This document shows positions 37,953-46,414 of a stretch of 64,000 nucleotides of DNA, piece by piece (position 1 is the first letter of the stretch; each line of letters starts with the position of its first letter). The position numbers and the translations under genes were made by a program. The notes under the pieces are model-generated. The model searched no databases, was not told where the DNA came from, and saw only the letters and a program-made list of their open reading frames with translations. The stretch is from the IMG/VR virus record IMGVR_UViG_3300044797_000094, positions 1 to 64,000 of that record; one strand, written 5' to 3'. This DNA comes from a virus.

Positions 37953-39338
37953 ATGGCTGATCTCGCAACCCTCGAAACTCGCGTCGAAGACCTCGTCAAG
38001 AAGAACGAGGCATTGGCGTCGGAAAATAAGTCCTTTAAGTCGCAAATCGATAAGCTTGCGGAAACTCCAAATCATGCCGGAATCCATGCGGCCCCCGGCG
38101 TCACATCGTCCTTCGACGACAACGACGTCGAATCCGCCACGCTCGTCTACGATTTCACGTCGTCGTATCGCGGGAATATGGCGACCCAGACCGGCGGACA
38201 AACTCGATCAGACCGGCATACGGCGATGAAGTCGATCTGGAAAACTCTGAAATCCAGTGGATATCAGCGATGCGGCGCGACGGGATCAGGCTTCAAGAGC
38301 TTTAAGGATTTCGTGCTCCAGGGACTCGAAGACAACGGGCGCACTCAGGGCTTCCGCGACAACTACAAAAAGCACATGGATCCTGTCTTCAAGACAATTC
38401 AGGGGATGTCCGAATCCATCGGCACTGACGGTGGATTTGGCGTGATTCCTGAATTCAACCTGAAGATCCATGAGCACGTCTACGCAAATAATCTTTTCGC
38501 CCGCACTGACGGCTATACCGTTTCCGGCAACAACATGACGTTTCTGGCGAATGCTGAAACGAGCCGAAAAACGGGCTTCCGGGCTGGCGGCCTGCAAGCC
38601 TATTGGACGGGTGAAGGTTCTTCGATCACCCCGAGCAAGCCGACGATCCGCGAAATCCAGATGAAGCTGCAAAAGCTGGCCGTCGTGGTCTATCTGACGG
38701 ATGAGCTTCTCAAGGACAATGCGATTGCCCTGGAGCAATACGTCACCCGCAAGGTGTCGGACGAATTCGCGTGGATGATGGGCAACAGCCTGTTCAACGG
38801 AACCGGCGCTGGTCAGCCGCTCGGAATCATCAACTGCCCGAGTCTCCTGGTCATCGCGGCGGTCGGAGGCCAATCAACGCTCACGATCGTCAGCGGCAAC
38901 ATCATCACGATGCAAAACCGCCTGTTCGCTCCCTATATGGAAAATGCAAGCTGGTTCGTGAATCAAGACACGATTCAACAGTTGATGCAACTCACGTTGG
39001 CTACTGGAACGTATTCCGGTCAATTGGTCTACATGCCGCCGACAGGGTTGGCGGGATTGCCTTACGGAACGCTGGGTGGTCGGCCTGTCGAGCCGATCGA
39101 ATTCGCGGCGAGCCTCACGACTCAGGGCGATATCACATTGGCTGATTTGGGTCAAATCATCTCGATCACGAAAGGTGGAATTCAGCAGGCGGTTTCCATG
39201 CATGTGGAATTCCTGACCGATCAGATGGCGCTGAGATTCACGATGCGACTCAATGCTCAACCGTGGGAGAACAGCCCGATCACTCCGGCAAACGGCACGA
39301 ACACTCAGTCCAGCTTCATTCAATTGGCTTCGCGATAA
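37953..39338 (+). CDS. Major capsid protein (HK97 fold)
   Basis: GTDGGF.IPE, W.GEG, KL.....TDELL.D, G.G.GQPLGI, F.TDQ.A.R...R. Confidence 0.95.
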   Translation: MADLATLETRVEDLVKKNEALASENKSFKSQIDKLAETPNHAGIHAAPGVTSSFDDNDVESATLVYDFTSSYRGNMATQTGGQTRSDRHTAMKSIWKTLKSSGYQRCGATGSGFKSFKDFVLQGLEDNGRTQGFRDNYKKHMDPVFKTIQGMSESIGTDGGFGVIPEFNLKIHEHVYANNLFARTDGYTVSGNNMTFLANAETSRKTGFRAGGLQAYWTGEGSSITPSKPTIREIQMKLQKLAVVVYLTDELLKDNAIALEQYVTRKVSDEFAWMMGNSLFNGTGAGQPLGIINCPSLLVIAAVGGQSTLTIVSGNIITMQNRLFAPYMENASWFVNQDTIQQLMQLTLATGTYSGQLVYMPPTGLAGLPYGTLGGRPVEPIEFAASLTTQGDITLADLGQIISITKGGIQQAVSMHVEFLTDQMALRFTMRLNAQPWENSPITPANGTNTQSSFIQLASR

Positions 39339-39403
39339 TCCTCGCGGTTTCGATGGTTTTTGACTCGGATCACAAAACGCGGCGAGTCCGCAAAGGATGA
39401 AAC

Positions 39404-39922
39404 ATGTCCGATTTCAATCATGAGTTCAGCGAAATCGCGGATATCATTCCGGCGTTTGTCCCTGTCAATCTGTCGACGGGCAGCAATGCCGGACAATGGG
39501 TCAACATGAGCAAGATCCAGCGCCTTGTCATCGTGTTTTTTAAGGGGGCTGGCATCACCGGCGACGATCCGCAGATTCAGGTCTCACAAGCGACGAACAA
39601 CGCTGGAGCGAACGCCAAGGCACTGAACTTCAATCGAATCCGCACAAAACAGGGCGGAATAAGTTCGAATTCCCAGTACACGTTGACGACATGGACGCAG
39701 GGCTCAAGCAGTTCGACCCAAACCGGAGCGGCGGGAGCGCCTGATTTGGCGGTCATTGAGGTCCAAGCGTCCGACCTTGACGGCAACAACACGACGGTCG
39801 GACCGTACAACCACGTCCTCATGACCGTGGGCCAGACGAATTCGACTCAGTACGGTTGCGGCTTCTACATCGCCTATGGATACCGATATCCGCAATCAAT
39901 CCTGCCGTCGAATATCAGCTAA
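39404..39922 (+). CDS. Probable capsid decoration/cement protein
   Basis: Follows the MCP; beta-rich sequence. Confidence 0.6.
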   Translation: MSDFNHEFSEIADIIPAFVPVNLSTGSNAGQWVNMSKIQRLVIVFFKGAGITGDDPQIQVSQATNNAGANAKALNFNRIRTKQGGISSNSQYTLTTWTQGSSSSTQTGAAGAPDLAVIEVQASDLDGNNTTVGPYNHVLMTVGQTNSTQYGCGFYIAYGYRYPQSILPSNIS

Positions 39923-39978
39923 TCGAATCGGGGCGGCAATGTGCTCGCCCAATCGTTGTTCTTGCGTGAGTTGAAATC

Positions 39979-40494
39979 ATGGCCGAAGACAAAAACAATT
40001 CCGAACGAGTCCGACTGGCCCGTGAAACCTACATCGCGATGCTCGCCCACGGTGGCGGCCACGCGAATCCGACCGATCTGGCGACGCGGTGCTTCCATTA
40101 TGCCGATGCGTTCATGGAAGTCGAACTTCGGGACGCCTGCGGCGAACTTTCCGGACCGGAAGATTTGAATCCGCTCGACGATGCGTTTGCCCCGAACGTC
40201 CCGAACGCCTTGAAGCATCCCGTGAACATGATCTCGAAAGCGGCAATGAGAGCGGGAGAGACCCCTGAGACCGTGGTCAATCGGGTCGCGAAGCATTGGG
40301 AAAACGTCAAGAATCTTCGCCGAGAACAGTTTAGCGACATGCCGCGTGATGCCGTGGTCTATGCCGAATTGGACTGGCGGCTTGAGCAACTGACGCAGGC
40401 CCAATCGATCTGGCCGGCATTCCTGGCGAAAGCCGAGAAGCTCCAACAGAAGGCGAAGGACCGCAAAGGCGTGGCGAAAACCCTGGCCAAATGA
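39979..40494 (+). CDS. Hypothetical head-module protein
   Basis: ORF in operon context. Confidence 0.55.
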   Translation: MAEDKNNSERVRLARETYIAMLAHGGGHANPTDLATRCFHYADAFMEVELRDACGELSGPEDLNPLDDAFAPNVPNALKHPVNMISKAAMRAGETPETVVNRVAKHWENVKNLRREQFSDMPRDAVVYAELDWRLEQLTQAQSIWPAFLAKAEKLQQKAKDRKGVAKTLAK

Positions 40495-40501
40495 GGATTG
40501 A

Positions 40502-40720
40502 ATGACCCCCGGACAAATCTCCTACGAAGCCTGGTGCGCCGTTCATGACGTGAATGAGCCATATCCGCATCCATCATGGGATAAAGTCCCCGCGAAAGCA
40601 CGGGCGGCATGGGAAGCGGTGGCGTTGGCAAATCAGTCGACGTCCGATGCATCCGTCGTCGCGCAAGTCGACGCGACCGTTGAAAAGGCTGTCGACGCGG
40701 CATTGAAGGCGAAGAAATAA
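40502..40720 (+). CDS. Small phage protein (TPGQI.YEA...W...W motif)
   Basis: A related motif occurs at 63494..63787. Confidence 0.55.
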   Translation: MTPGQISYEAWCAVHDVNEPYPHPSWDKVPAKARAAWEAVALANQSTSDASVVAQVDATVEKAVDAALKAKK

Positions 40721-40732
40721 TGAGGCGATGCC

Positions 40733-41386
40733 GTGGCACTGACGAATCGCAACTCAGTGAAAAAGCAGGCGAATATCTCGCCTCAAGACACGTCGCTCGA
40801 CCTTCAGATTGACGCCTTCATAGCTGGCGTATCGGGCCGAATCAAACGCCAGTTCAATCGCAACATCGAAACGCAAACGCTGACGGAATACTATTCAGGC
40901 GACAATTCGCCGATCCTGTTTCTGAAGCAGTTTCCGATCATTTCGGTGGCCTCTGTGATCATTGACGATACATTCTGGTTCGGCCAAGGGCCAGGTTCAA
41001 CGCCGCAGGTTCTCGTCCAAGGAACCGATTATACGATCATGGCCGGATACTACGGAATTGGCTCAAGCGGAGCGTTGCGGCGGATCAACGGAATGTGGTA
41101 CGCATGGGATTCGAGACGCTGGGGGCTTGTCTCAAAACAGCCGCCTTTGCCGAACGGCAACATTCAGGTTGTCTATACGGCCGGGCTTTCGCCTGTTCCT
41201 CCGGAAATCGAGATGGCCGTGAATTTGGCGGTCATGAAGATGATTCAAATGAGCCAGACTGGAACCGCGATCGCGAGCAATAATTATCAAGACGCGGCGG
41301 AATCGTATTTCAGCCCCGAGCTTCAATCGCAGGTATTTGGCTCGATCGAGAATTGTTTGGCTCCGTTTACGATGCCGGTGATTTGA
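40733..41386 (+). CDS. Head-tail connector/adaptor (gp6-like)
   Basis: VK......D..L...I...S..I......R; LKQFPIISV; NIQVVYTAG...PPEI..A. Confidence 0.8.
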   Translation: MALTNRNSVKKQANISPQDTSLDLQIDAFIAGVSGRIKRQFNRNIETQTLTEYYSGDNSPILFLKQFPIISVASVIIDDTFWFGQGPGSTPQVLVQGTDYTIMAGYYGIGSSGALRRINGMWYAWDSRRWGLVSKQPPLPNGNIQVVYTAGLSPVPPEIEMAVNLAVMKMIQMSQTGTAIASNNYQDAAESYFSPELQSQVFGSIENCLAPFTMPVI

Positions 41387-41757
41387 TGATTTCCGCGGAA
41401 TCTATCGATTGCAGAGTGTTTAATTCGCGTGAGGAATGCGAGTCTCATGGGAAAGACGCGATTCGTTACTATTATGCGGAACACGGCGATCTGAGCTTTC
41501 CCGAAGATGTCACGCACGTATTGATTATGATGCCCGTGACATATGACCAAGCATACGCTGGAAAAGAAATCGTCGCGGAGTTCATTGGAAAGTTCGTGGA
41601 AGTTGGGTGGGCCGTGAGGCATCGCGAGAACGATGGCCAAAGAAACCAATGGGAACTGTCCGGAACGAGAGAGAAGCCGACGCTTTCGCCGAGTCTGTTC
41701 TGGCTTCCTGATGTCTGGCACGGATTTCTGAGAAACGGTCGATTGGAAAGCTGCTGA
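41386..41757 (+). CDS. DUF6527-like small protein
   Basis: W.LSG..EKPTLSPSL.....WHGFLRNG. Confidence 0.6.
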   Translation: MISAESIDCRVFNSREECESHGKDAIRYYYAEHGDLSFPEDVTHVLIMMPVTYDQAYAGKEIVAEFIGKFVEVGWAVRHRENDGQRNQWELSGTREKPTLSPSLFWLPDVWHGFLRNGRLESC

Positions 41758-41758
41758 A

Positions 41759-42376
41759 ATGCTGACTCAACGCCAAGCCCGAAGCCATATCCGCCTCGTT
41801 CCAGGTCGCGGAGCGGCGACTGTGACGCTTAACCCGGACTTCATGGCCGTTCCGCAGGCAGGCACGATTTCAGCGTCAGGAAGCACGATCACAGGAGTTG
41901 GAACGGCATTCAAAAGCGGGCCCGTGCCGATCCTGATCGGAAGCGTTTTGGTCGCGAATTCGACGAGCGGCAACCAAAACTACATCTCTGGAGGAACTAA
42001 CGTCGTCACGAATGGAACGCTGTTGAACGTCACGGCCGTTTCGTCGGACACAATCATCACCGTCTCGCAGACCGGGCTTTCCTTCAGCGATGCAAGCTTC
42101 TTCGCCAACAATTCAACAATCGTCCAATGCTACAATGCATGGGAAAAACCAATCAGCAGCAGACTCGCGGACTATGGTCGACTCAAGCTTCAAGGCGACG
42201 AAACGTTAATCAACGTTCCCGATTCCGAACTGAATCCGATTCAAAACGGTCGAGAAATCAGGGCCGAAGACTGGATTCAGTGGAATGGCGTGACATATAT
42301 TGTGACCGACGCGGGAACGACGGAAAAGACCCTGCATACGGACTGGCAGTGCGTGTGCCGAAAATTAATGTCATGA
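41759..42376 (+). CDS. Head-closure/stopper-like protein with an inserted fibre-type beta domain
   Basis: Position in the neck module; internal GTISASGSTITGVGTAF...TIITV insert. Confidence 0.55.
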   Translation: MLTQRQARSHIRLVPGRGAATVTLNPDFMAVPQAGTISASGSTITGVGTAFKSGPVPILIGSVLVANSTSGNQNYISGGTNVVTNGTLLNVTAVSSDTIITVSQTGLSFSDASFFANNSTIVQCYNAWEKPISSRLADYGRLKLQGDETLINVPDSELNPIQNGREIRAEDWIQWNGVTYIVTDAGTTEKTLHTDWQCVCRKLMS

Positions 42377-42486
42377 GCGGACGAGTCAAAAATCACGACG
42401 ATGAGCCAGAATCTCTTTCATCGCTCATTGCCGCTTTCGTTATAGTGGTTGCCCTGTATTTCCTCTTGAAACACTGAAGGAAGTCT

Positions 42487-42963
42487 GTGCCCGGAATCTC
42501 CAACCACTTCGATACGATCACAGTCATCCAGGCCACGATTCAGGCGCTGAACCTGACCGGGTTGAATGGCGGCGTCATTGTGCAGGAGGTCTCAAATTAT
42601 CAGGACGGGCAGTCCGTACTGCCGTTCGTCTCGATCTGCCCATACGGCCCGGAGGTCATGGGCGATGAGCTGAATGACCGAGACGGCGTTTACTACGGAA
42701 CGGCCGTGTTCATTATCGCACAACCACAGGTGACGTCTCTTGAGCAACGTTTGGGCTGGCGTCAATCGATTCGCAGAAATCTGCACAATCAAGCGATTAG
42801 CGACCTGATCGCGAAATATTCTCTGCCGAATCCGGCAATGCCGATGAATTATCAACTCCTCGTCGAACCGGGAGCGGTCGTCGAACCGAAAGCGTGGCTT
42901 GAACGGAAGGCGTTTGTGAGCGGCATGATCATTCGGGCGAAGTTCCAGGAGCCACGGCAATGA
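42487..42963 (+). CDS. Probable tail terminator/completion protein
   Basis: Position and size; LPFVSI motif. Confidence 0.55.
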   Translation: MPGISNHFDTITVIQATIQALNLTGLNGGVIVQEVSNYQDGQSVLPFVSICPYGPEVMGDELNDRDGVYYGTAVFIIAQPQVTSLEQRLGWRQSIRRNLHNQAISDLIAKYSLPNPAMPMNYQLLVEPGAVVEPKAWLERKAFVSGMIIRAKFQEPRQ

Positions 42964-43400
42964 TCCAAGAATCGCAAGCCATCCTCGTCGAACTCGAATC
43001 GCAAGTCCGCAATATGGACTATTTCGACGTCCTGACGGCATTTCAGGAAACCATCGCGGAAGGCGAAGCGGAAGCGTTTCACGAAGAAAGAGAGCCTGGC
43101 GGAAGCCCGTGGGCTCCGTTGGCTCCGTCGACTGTTAAGAAAAAGGGCCACAACATTATTCTGTTCGAAACAGGGACGTTATTGGGATCTCTGGTGACGG
43201 TTGGCGGACCTGGAAACGTGAGTGCTGTCTCGTCTCGCGGATCGATTTTCGGCACCGACGTTCCCTACGCGATTTTCCACGATCAAGGCACGTCAAAAAT
43301 GCCAGCAAGGCCGCCTGTCGGAATTTCCGAGGAGCGTGTAGACTTACTCGCCGAGCGGATCGCGGACGAAACAGTGAGACAATTGGCCAGCGGGAGATGA
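42960..43400 (+). CDS. Phage virion morphogenesis protein (Mu gpG-like)
   Basis: F..E..P.G.PWAPLAPST, L..TG.L..S, GTDVPYAIFH..GT.KMPARP. Confidence 0.88.
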   Translation: MIQESQAILVELESQVRNMDYFDVLTAFQETIAEGEAEAFHEEREPGGSPWAPLAPSTVKKKGHNIILFETGTLLGSLVTVGGPGNVSAVSSRGSIFGTDVPYAIFHDQGTSKMPARPPVGISEERVDLLAERIADETVRQLASGR

Positions 43401-43403
43401 TCG

Positions 43404-43931
43404 ATGCATATCAATGCGTGTCACCTGATCCACAAGGTCAATGCGGATGGAGTCGAGGGATTTGAGGTTACCGTCTTTCGCTGGGTCGGTCACAGCGACA
43501 ATACGCAAGTGGCCCCGTCGCATCTTGAGAAAGTCGCGAAAGGGCCGTTCTATTCGATTCCCGAGGCGAAGCGCTACGCGAAGTCATGGAAGGATGCGAA
43601 GTCGCCCCCTCCAATGGAAGTCCATCCAACGCTGACGGTCAACGGATGCCTGGTGGAAACGAAGGAAGATGAACGAGCGATTGATGGGGTCGTGACGATT
43701 GTGTCACGCTCGGTGGAAGTGCCTAGCGAAGCGAATGCGGACAATCCGAATCCCGGGCCGACGACGATGAAGGTTGAGCGTGGATTATTTGAGCGGATGA
43801 AAGACGCGGTTGACTTCGCCCATTCATGGAGCGACATTGAAACCCCTCCTCCAATGCCGGCTGAAGGAATTCTTTCAGAACCCGTCGTCGAGGAAGCATC
43901 AAGCTCCGCGGAAGAATCGAAGGTGGCCTGA
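43404..43931 (+). CDS. Hypothetical protein with an internal duplication
   Basis: KGPFYSIPEAKRYAKSW...PPPM versus RGLFERMKDAVDFAHSW...PPPM. Confidence 0.55.
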   Translation: MHINACHLIHKVNADGVEGFEVTVFRWVGHSDNTQVAPSHLEKVAKGPFYSIPEAKRYAKSWKDAKSPPPMEVHPTLTVNGCLVETKEDERAIDGVVTIVSRSVEVPSEANADNPNPGPTTMKVERGLFERMKDAVDFAHSWSDIETPPPMPAEGILSEPVVEEASSSAEESKVA

Positions 43932-44386
43932 TGTCCTTCAAAAATCTCCGACTACCAATGATTGAAGATGGTCGCACGGTTCTGCGAACGAAAGCGGAAT
44001 TGAAGGCCGACCAACCGACAGTCGGCGGAATGGATGGCTTTGATTCGGCAAAAATCCAAGCGTCAAAAGAAGCATGGGACGCGACAAAACGAGCGAACAA
44101 GCTGACATTGCGAGCCACGGCTGGAACCGGCAAAATTGCGGCGAGATCGAAAGACATCAAAGGGCAGCCGATGACTCAAGGATCGGCGCTGGGGCTTGAT
44201 GACGCCGCAATGATGCATCTGGAAGCCGCGAATGAGCATGGGGCGTGCGCCGACATGCACGACGATTCAGGAATCAGCGGCGGTGGATCTGCAATGGCGG
44301 AATTGCATGACGATGCGGCGGAAGCTCACAGGGCGGCTCAAGCGGCCCACGAGTTCGCGGCGAAAGCGATGACAGCGAAGAAATGA
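43931..44386 (+). CDS. His/Ala-repeat helical protein
   Basis: H..AA..H repeats in the C-terminal half. Confidence 0.55.
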   Translation: MSFKNLRLPMIEDGRTVLRTKAELKADQPTVGGMDGFDSAKIQASKEAWDATKRANKLTLRATAGTGKIAARSKDIKGQPMTQGSALGLDDAAMMHLEAANEHGACADMHDDSGISGGGSAMAELHDDAAEAHRAAQAAHEFAAKAMTAKK

Positions 44387-44438
44387 GTCGCAAAGCGATG
44401 AAAACATCGCAGAGGGACGTAGGATAAGGAGTTGACTC

Positions 44439-45302
44439 GTGACAGAGCAGATGGGCTACAGATCGAGGATGACTATCGGCGGCACGCTCGTCGAATTCGT
44501 CTCCGAGTCGATCAAGGAAGTCATTGAAATCGTGCAGGACGATGGTTTGCGTGGCACGAGAACACGTCAGATGGAACGGCTCGCTCAGGGTCTTATCCAT
44601 GTCGCCGGTGATATCGTAATGAATCCGACGCCCGTTGAGCTGGAAGCGGTTCTCTGGCCGGCGCTGAACTCCGCAACCGCCACATACACGCTCACTGATT
44701 CGCTTTCGGATCTTACCGTCGTCGTCGACAACGGAACGGCGACATACACGTATGTGCTTCGCGTCAATGTGATGACGTACGAAGGTGCTCCCGGCGAGAA
44801 AATGAAGTTGACGCTCAGTTGCGTCGGCAAGACTCTGGCGATCACTTCTGGCGGGTCTCTATCGGGCGCTCCGGATGTCACGAATCGCGAATTCATGTTC
44901 TCGGATCTCGGTTCAGGCGTAACGATTGGCGGCACAGCGTACTCAATCGACCGTTTCATCTTGCGATTCGACAACAAGATCATTCCGACATACATGCAAG
45001 GCCAATCGGCGACGGACCTGGAGCCCACAGACCGAGTCATCACGCTCGGACTGCAAACAAAATACACGTCAACCGAAGCGGGTCTCTTGACGGCGAATCG
45101 AAGCCAGCCGGCGATAGGAAGCGCCATTACTGGGAGCCTTGCGTTCACGAACGGATCGGATTCATTGGCGTTTACGATGGCCGCATTGGTCGCGACTTCC
45201 GAAAGCGTTACCGTGCCTGGAAGGCAGCATTTGCGTCTGCCATTAAATTATCAGGTGTTCGGTTTAAGTAGCGTTAAGGAAGTGGTTACGACCATCAATT
45301 GA
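44439..45302 (+). CDS. Major tail tube protein
   Basis: TAAGGAG RBS; beta-rich 287 aa upstream of the chaperone and tape measure genes. Confidence 0.75.
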   Translation: MTEQMGYRSRMTIGGTLVEFVSESIKEVIEIVQDDGLRGTRTRQMERLAQGLIHVAGDIVMNPTPVELEAVLWPALNSATATYTLTDSLSDLTVVVDNGTATYTYVLRVNVMTYEGAPGEKMKLTLSCVGKTLAITSGGSLSGAPDVTNREFMFSDLGSGVTIGGTAYSIDRFILRFDNKIIPTYMQGQSATDLEPTDRVITLGLQTKYTSTEAGLLTANRSQPAIGSAITGSLAFTNGSDSLAFTMAALVATSESVTVPGRQHLRLPLNYQVFGLSSVKEVVTTIN

Positions 45303-45312
45303 TCGACAGTCG

Positions 45313-45549
45313 TTATTGCCTCTTGATATCTTTTTCGAACACGGTCATCGACACCTGTCCGAACTCAAGAGCGTCGACCAATCGATTGTGTGCTATCGCC
45401 AGGTCGAACACACAACTTGCGAGCAGCTTTTCGAGCGTCGTTGAATGCGGATCGTTAAATACGATCTTCGCGTTGTCGAACACGTGCGGATCAACGTGCT
45501 TGCAGCAGGCTTCAAGTTGAAAATGAAGCTTTTCGGAATCGTTGGACAT
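45313..45549 (-). CDS. Small moron gene inserted antisense in the tail operon
   Basis: GGAGG RBS on the minus strand and its own operator/promoter. Confidence 0.6.
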   Translation of the reverse strand: MSNDSEKLHFQLEACCKHVDPHVFDNAKIVFNDPHSTTLEKLLASCVFDLAIAHNRLVDALEFGQVSMTVFEKDIKRQ

Positions 45550-45567
45550 TGTGTGCCTCCGATTCGA

Positions 45568-45596
45568 ATCCTATCAAAACAGTCAACAATTTAGAA
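45568..45596 (-). promoter_or_regulatory. 16-bp operator within the moron promoter
   Basis: AAATTGTTGACTGTTT on the minus strand (45577-45592), with a TAGGAT -10 downstream. Confidence 0.55.
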
Positions 45597-45606
45597 GAAG
45601 GAGCCT

Positions 45607-46032
45607 ATGAACAGCGGATATATCCCAGATGGCTACACGCGGCATGATGGATTCGTGAAGGCGTCCGAGGCGAACGAAGCGGGCCAACGGCTCTGGGGCG
45701 ATCTTGAATTCACCTATCGCCCGGCGGCGAGATCAGAGAATGTCCGGCACGACGCGGAGGTCGCGATTGCGTTGCGGGACGAATTCAAAGATCCGTCCTG
45801 CGCCGAGAAGGCTGAAAAGCTCGCCTGCGAATTCGTGGCCAAGAAAATCGTGACATGGACCATGAAAGACTCATTTGAGCAGCCTGTGGCATGCACTGCG
45901 GCGACGTGCGCGAGGATCAATGCGGGCCTGTTCCATCGCGTCTACTCGATCATTCGCGGAAGCCAGTTGAGCGACGTCAAGCCGGGCCAGGAGACGCCCG
46001 TCGAATCTAAGGAAGAGATGCAAAAAAACTGA
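45607..46032 (+). CDS. Tail assembly chaperone (gpG-like)
   Basis: Lies between tail tube and tape measure; ends ...QKN* on a slippery site. Confidence 0.8.
   Translation: MNSGYIPDGYTRHDGFVKASEANEAGQRLWGDLEFTYRPAARSENVRHDAEVAIALRDEFKDPSCAEKAEKLACEFVAKKIVTWTMKDSFEQPVACTAATCARINAGLFHRVYSIIRGSQLSDVKPGQETPVESKEEMQKN
46023..46029 (+). other. Programmed -1 ribosomal frameshift site A-AAA-AAC
   Basis: The -1 frame is open from the heptamer into the 46050..46385 ORF (KLREGIWLLLRYPK...). Confidence 0.88.
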
Positions 46033-46385
46033 GGGAGGGTATCTGGCTGTTGCTGAGATACCCGAAGGTCGCTACCCGAGATTGTGCCGTTTGTAAGATC
46101 TACGGTTTCGACGAGAATACCGGCCTGATGGAGCTTCTGAGGGATGGTGAGCCAGCGAAGAGGTTGCGGGCGAACCCGGCCCCGTGCGTGACGCGAATTG
46201 GTTGCATGAAAGGGACATGGGAAAGGCCGATCGAACTGAGCGATTCGAATCAACTGTGCTATGAGCATTATTTGGAATGTCGAGCGGTCGGAGTCTTTCC
46301 AGATGATCCGCTCGTAAAAGAAAATGCGGCGGTCATTCGGTCAATTGAGGATCGGCTTGAACGATCAGAGCGGCGAGAGTTCTAA
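46029..46385 (+). CDS. Tail assembly chaperone frameshift extension (gpT-like)
   Basis: Reached by the -1 shift; Cys motifs C..C. Confidence 0.75.
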   Translation: MREGIWLLLRYPKVATRDCAVCKIYGFDENTGLMELLRDGEPAKRLRANPAPCVTRIGCMKGTWERPIELSDSNQLCYEHYLECRAVGVFPDDPLVKENAAVIRSIEDRLERSERREF

Positions 46386-46414
46386 TCGACCATCATCGGA
46401 CTTGCGGGGCTGAG

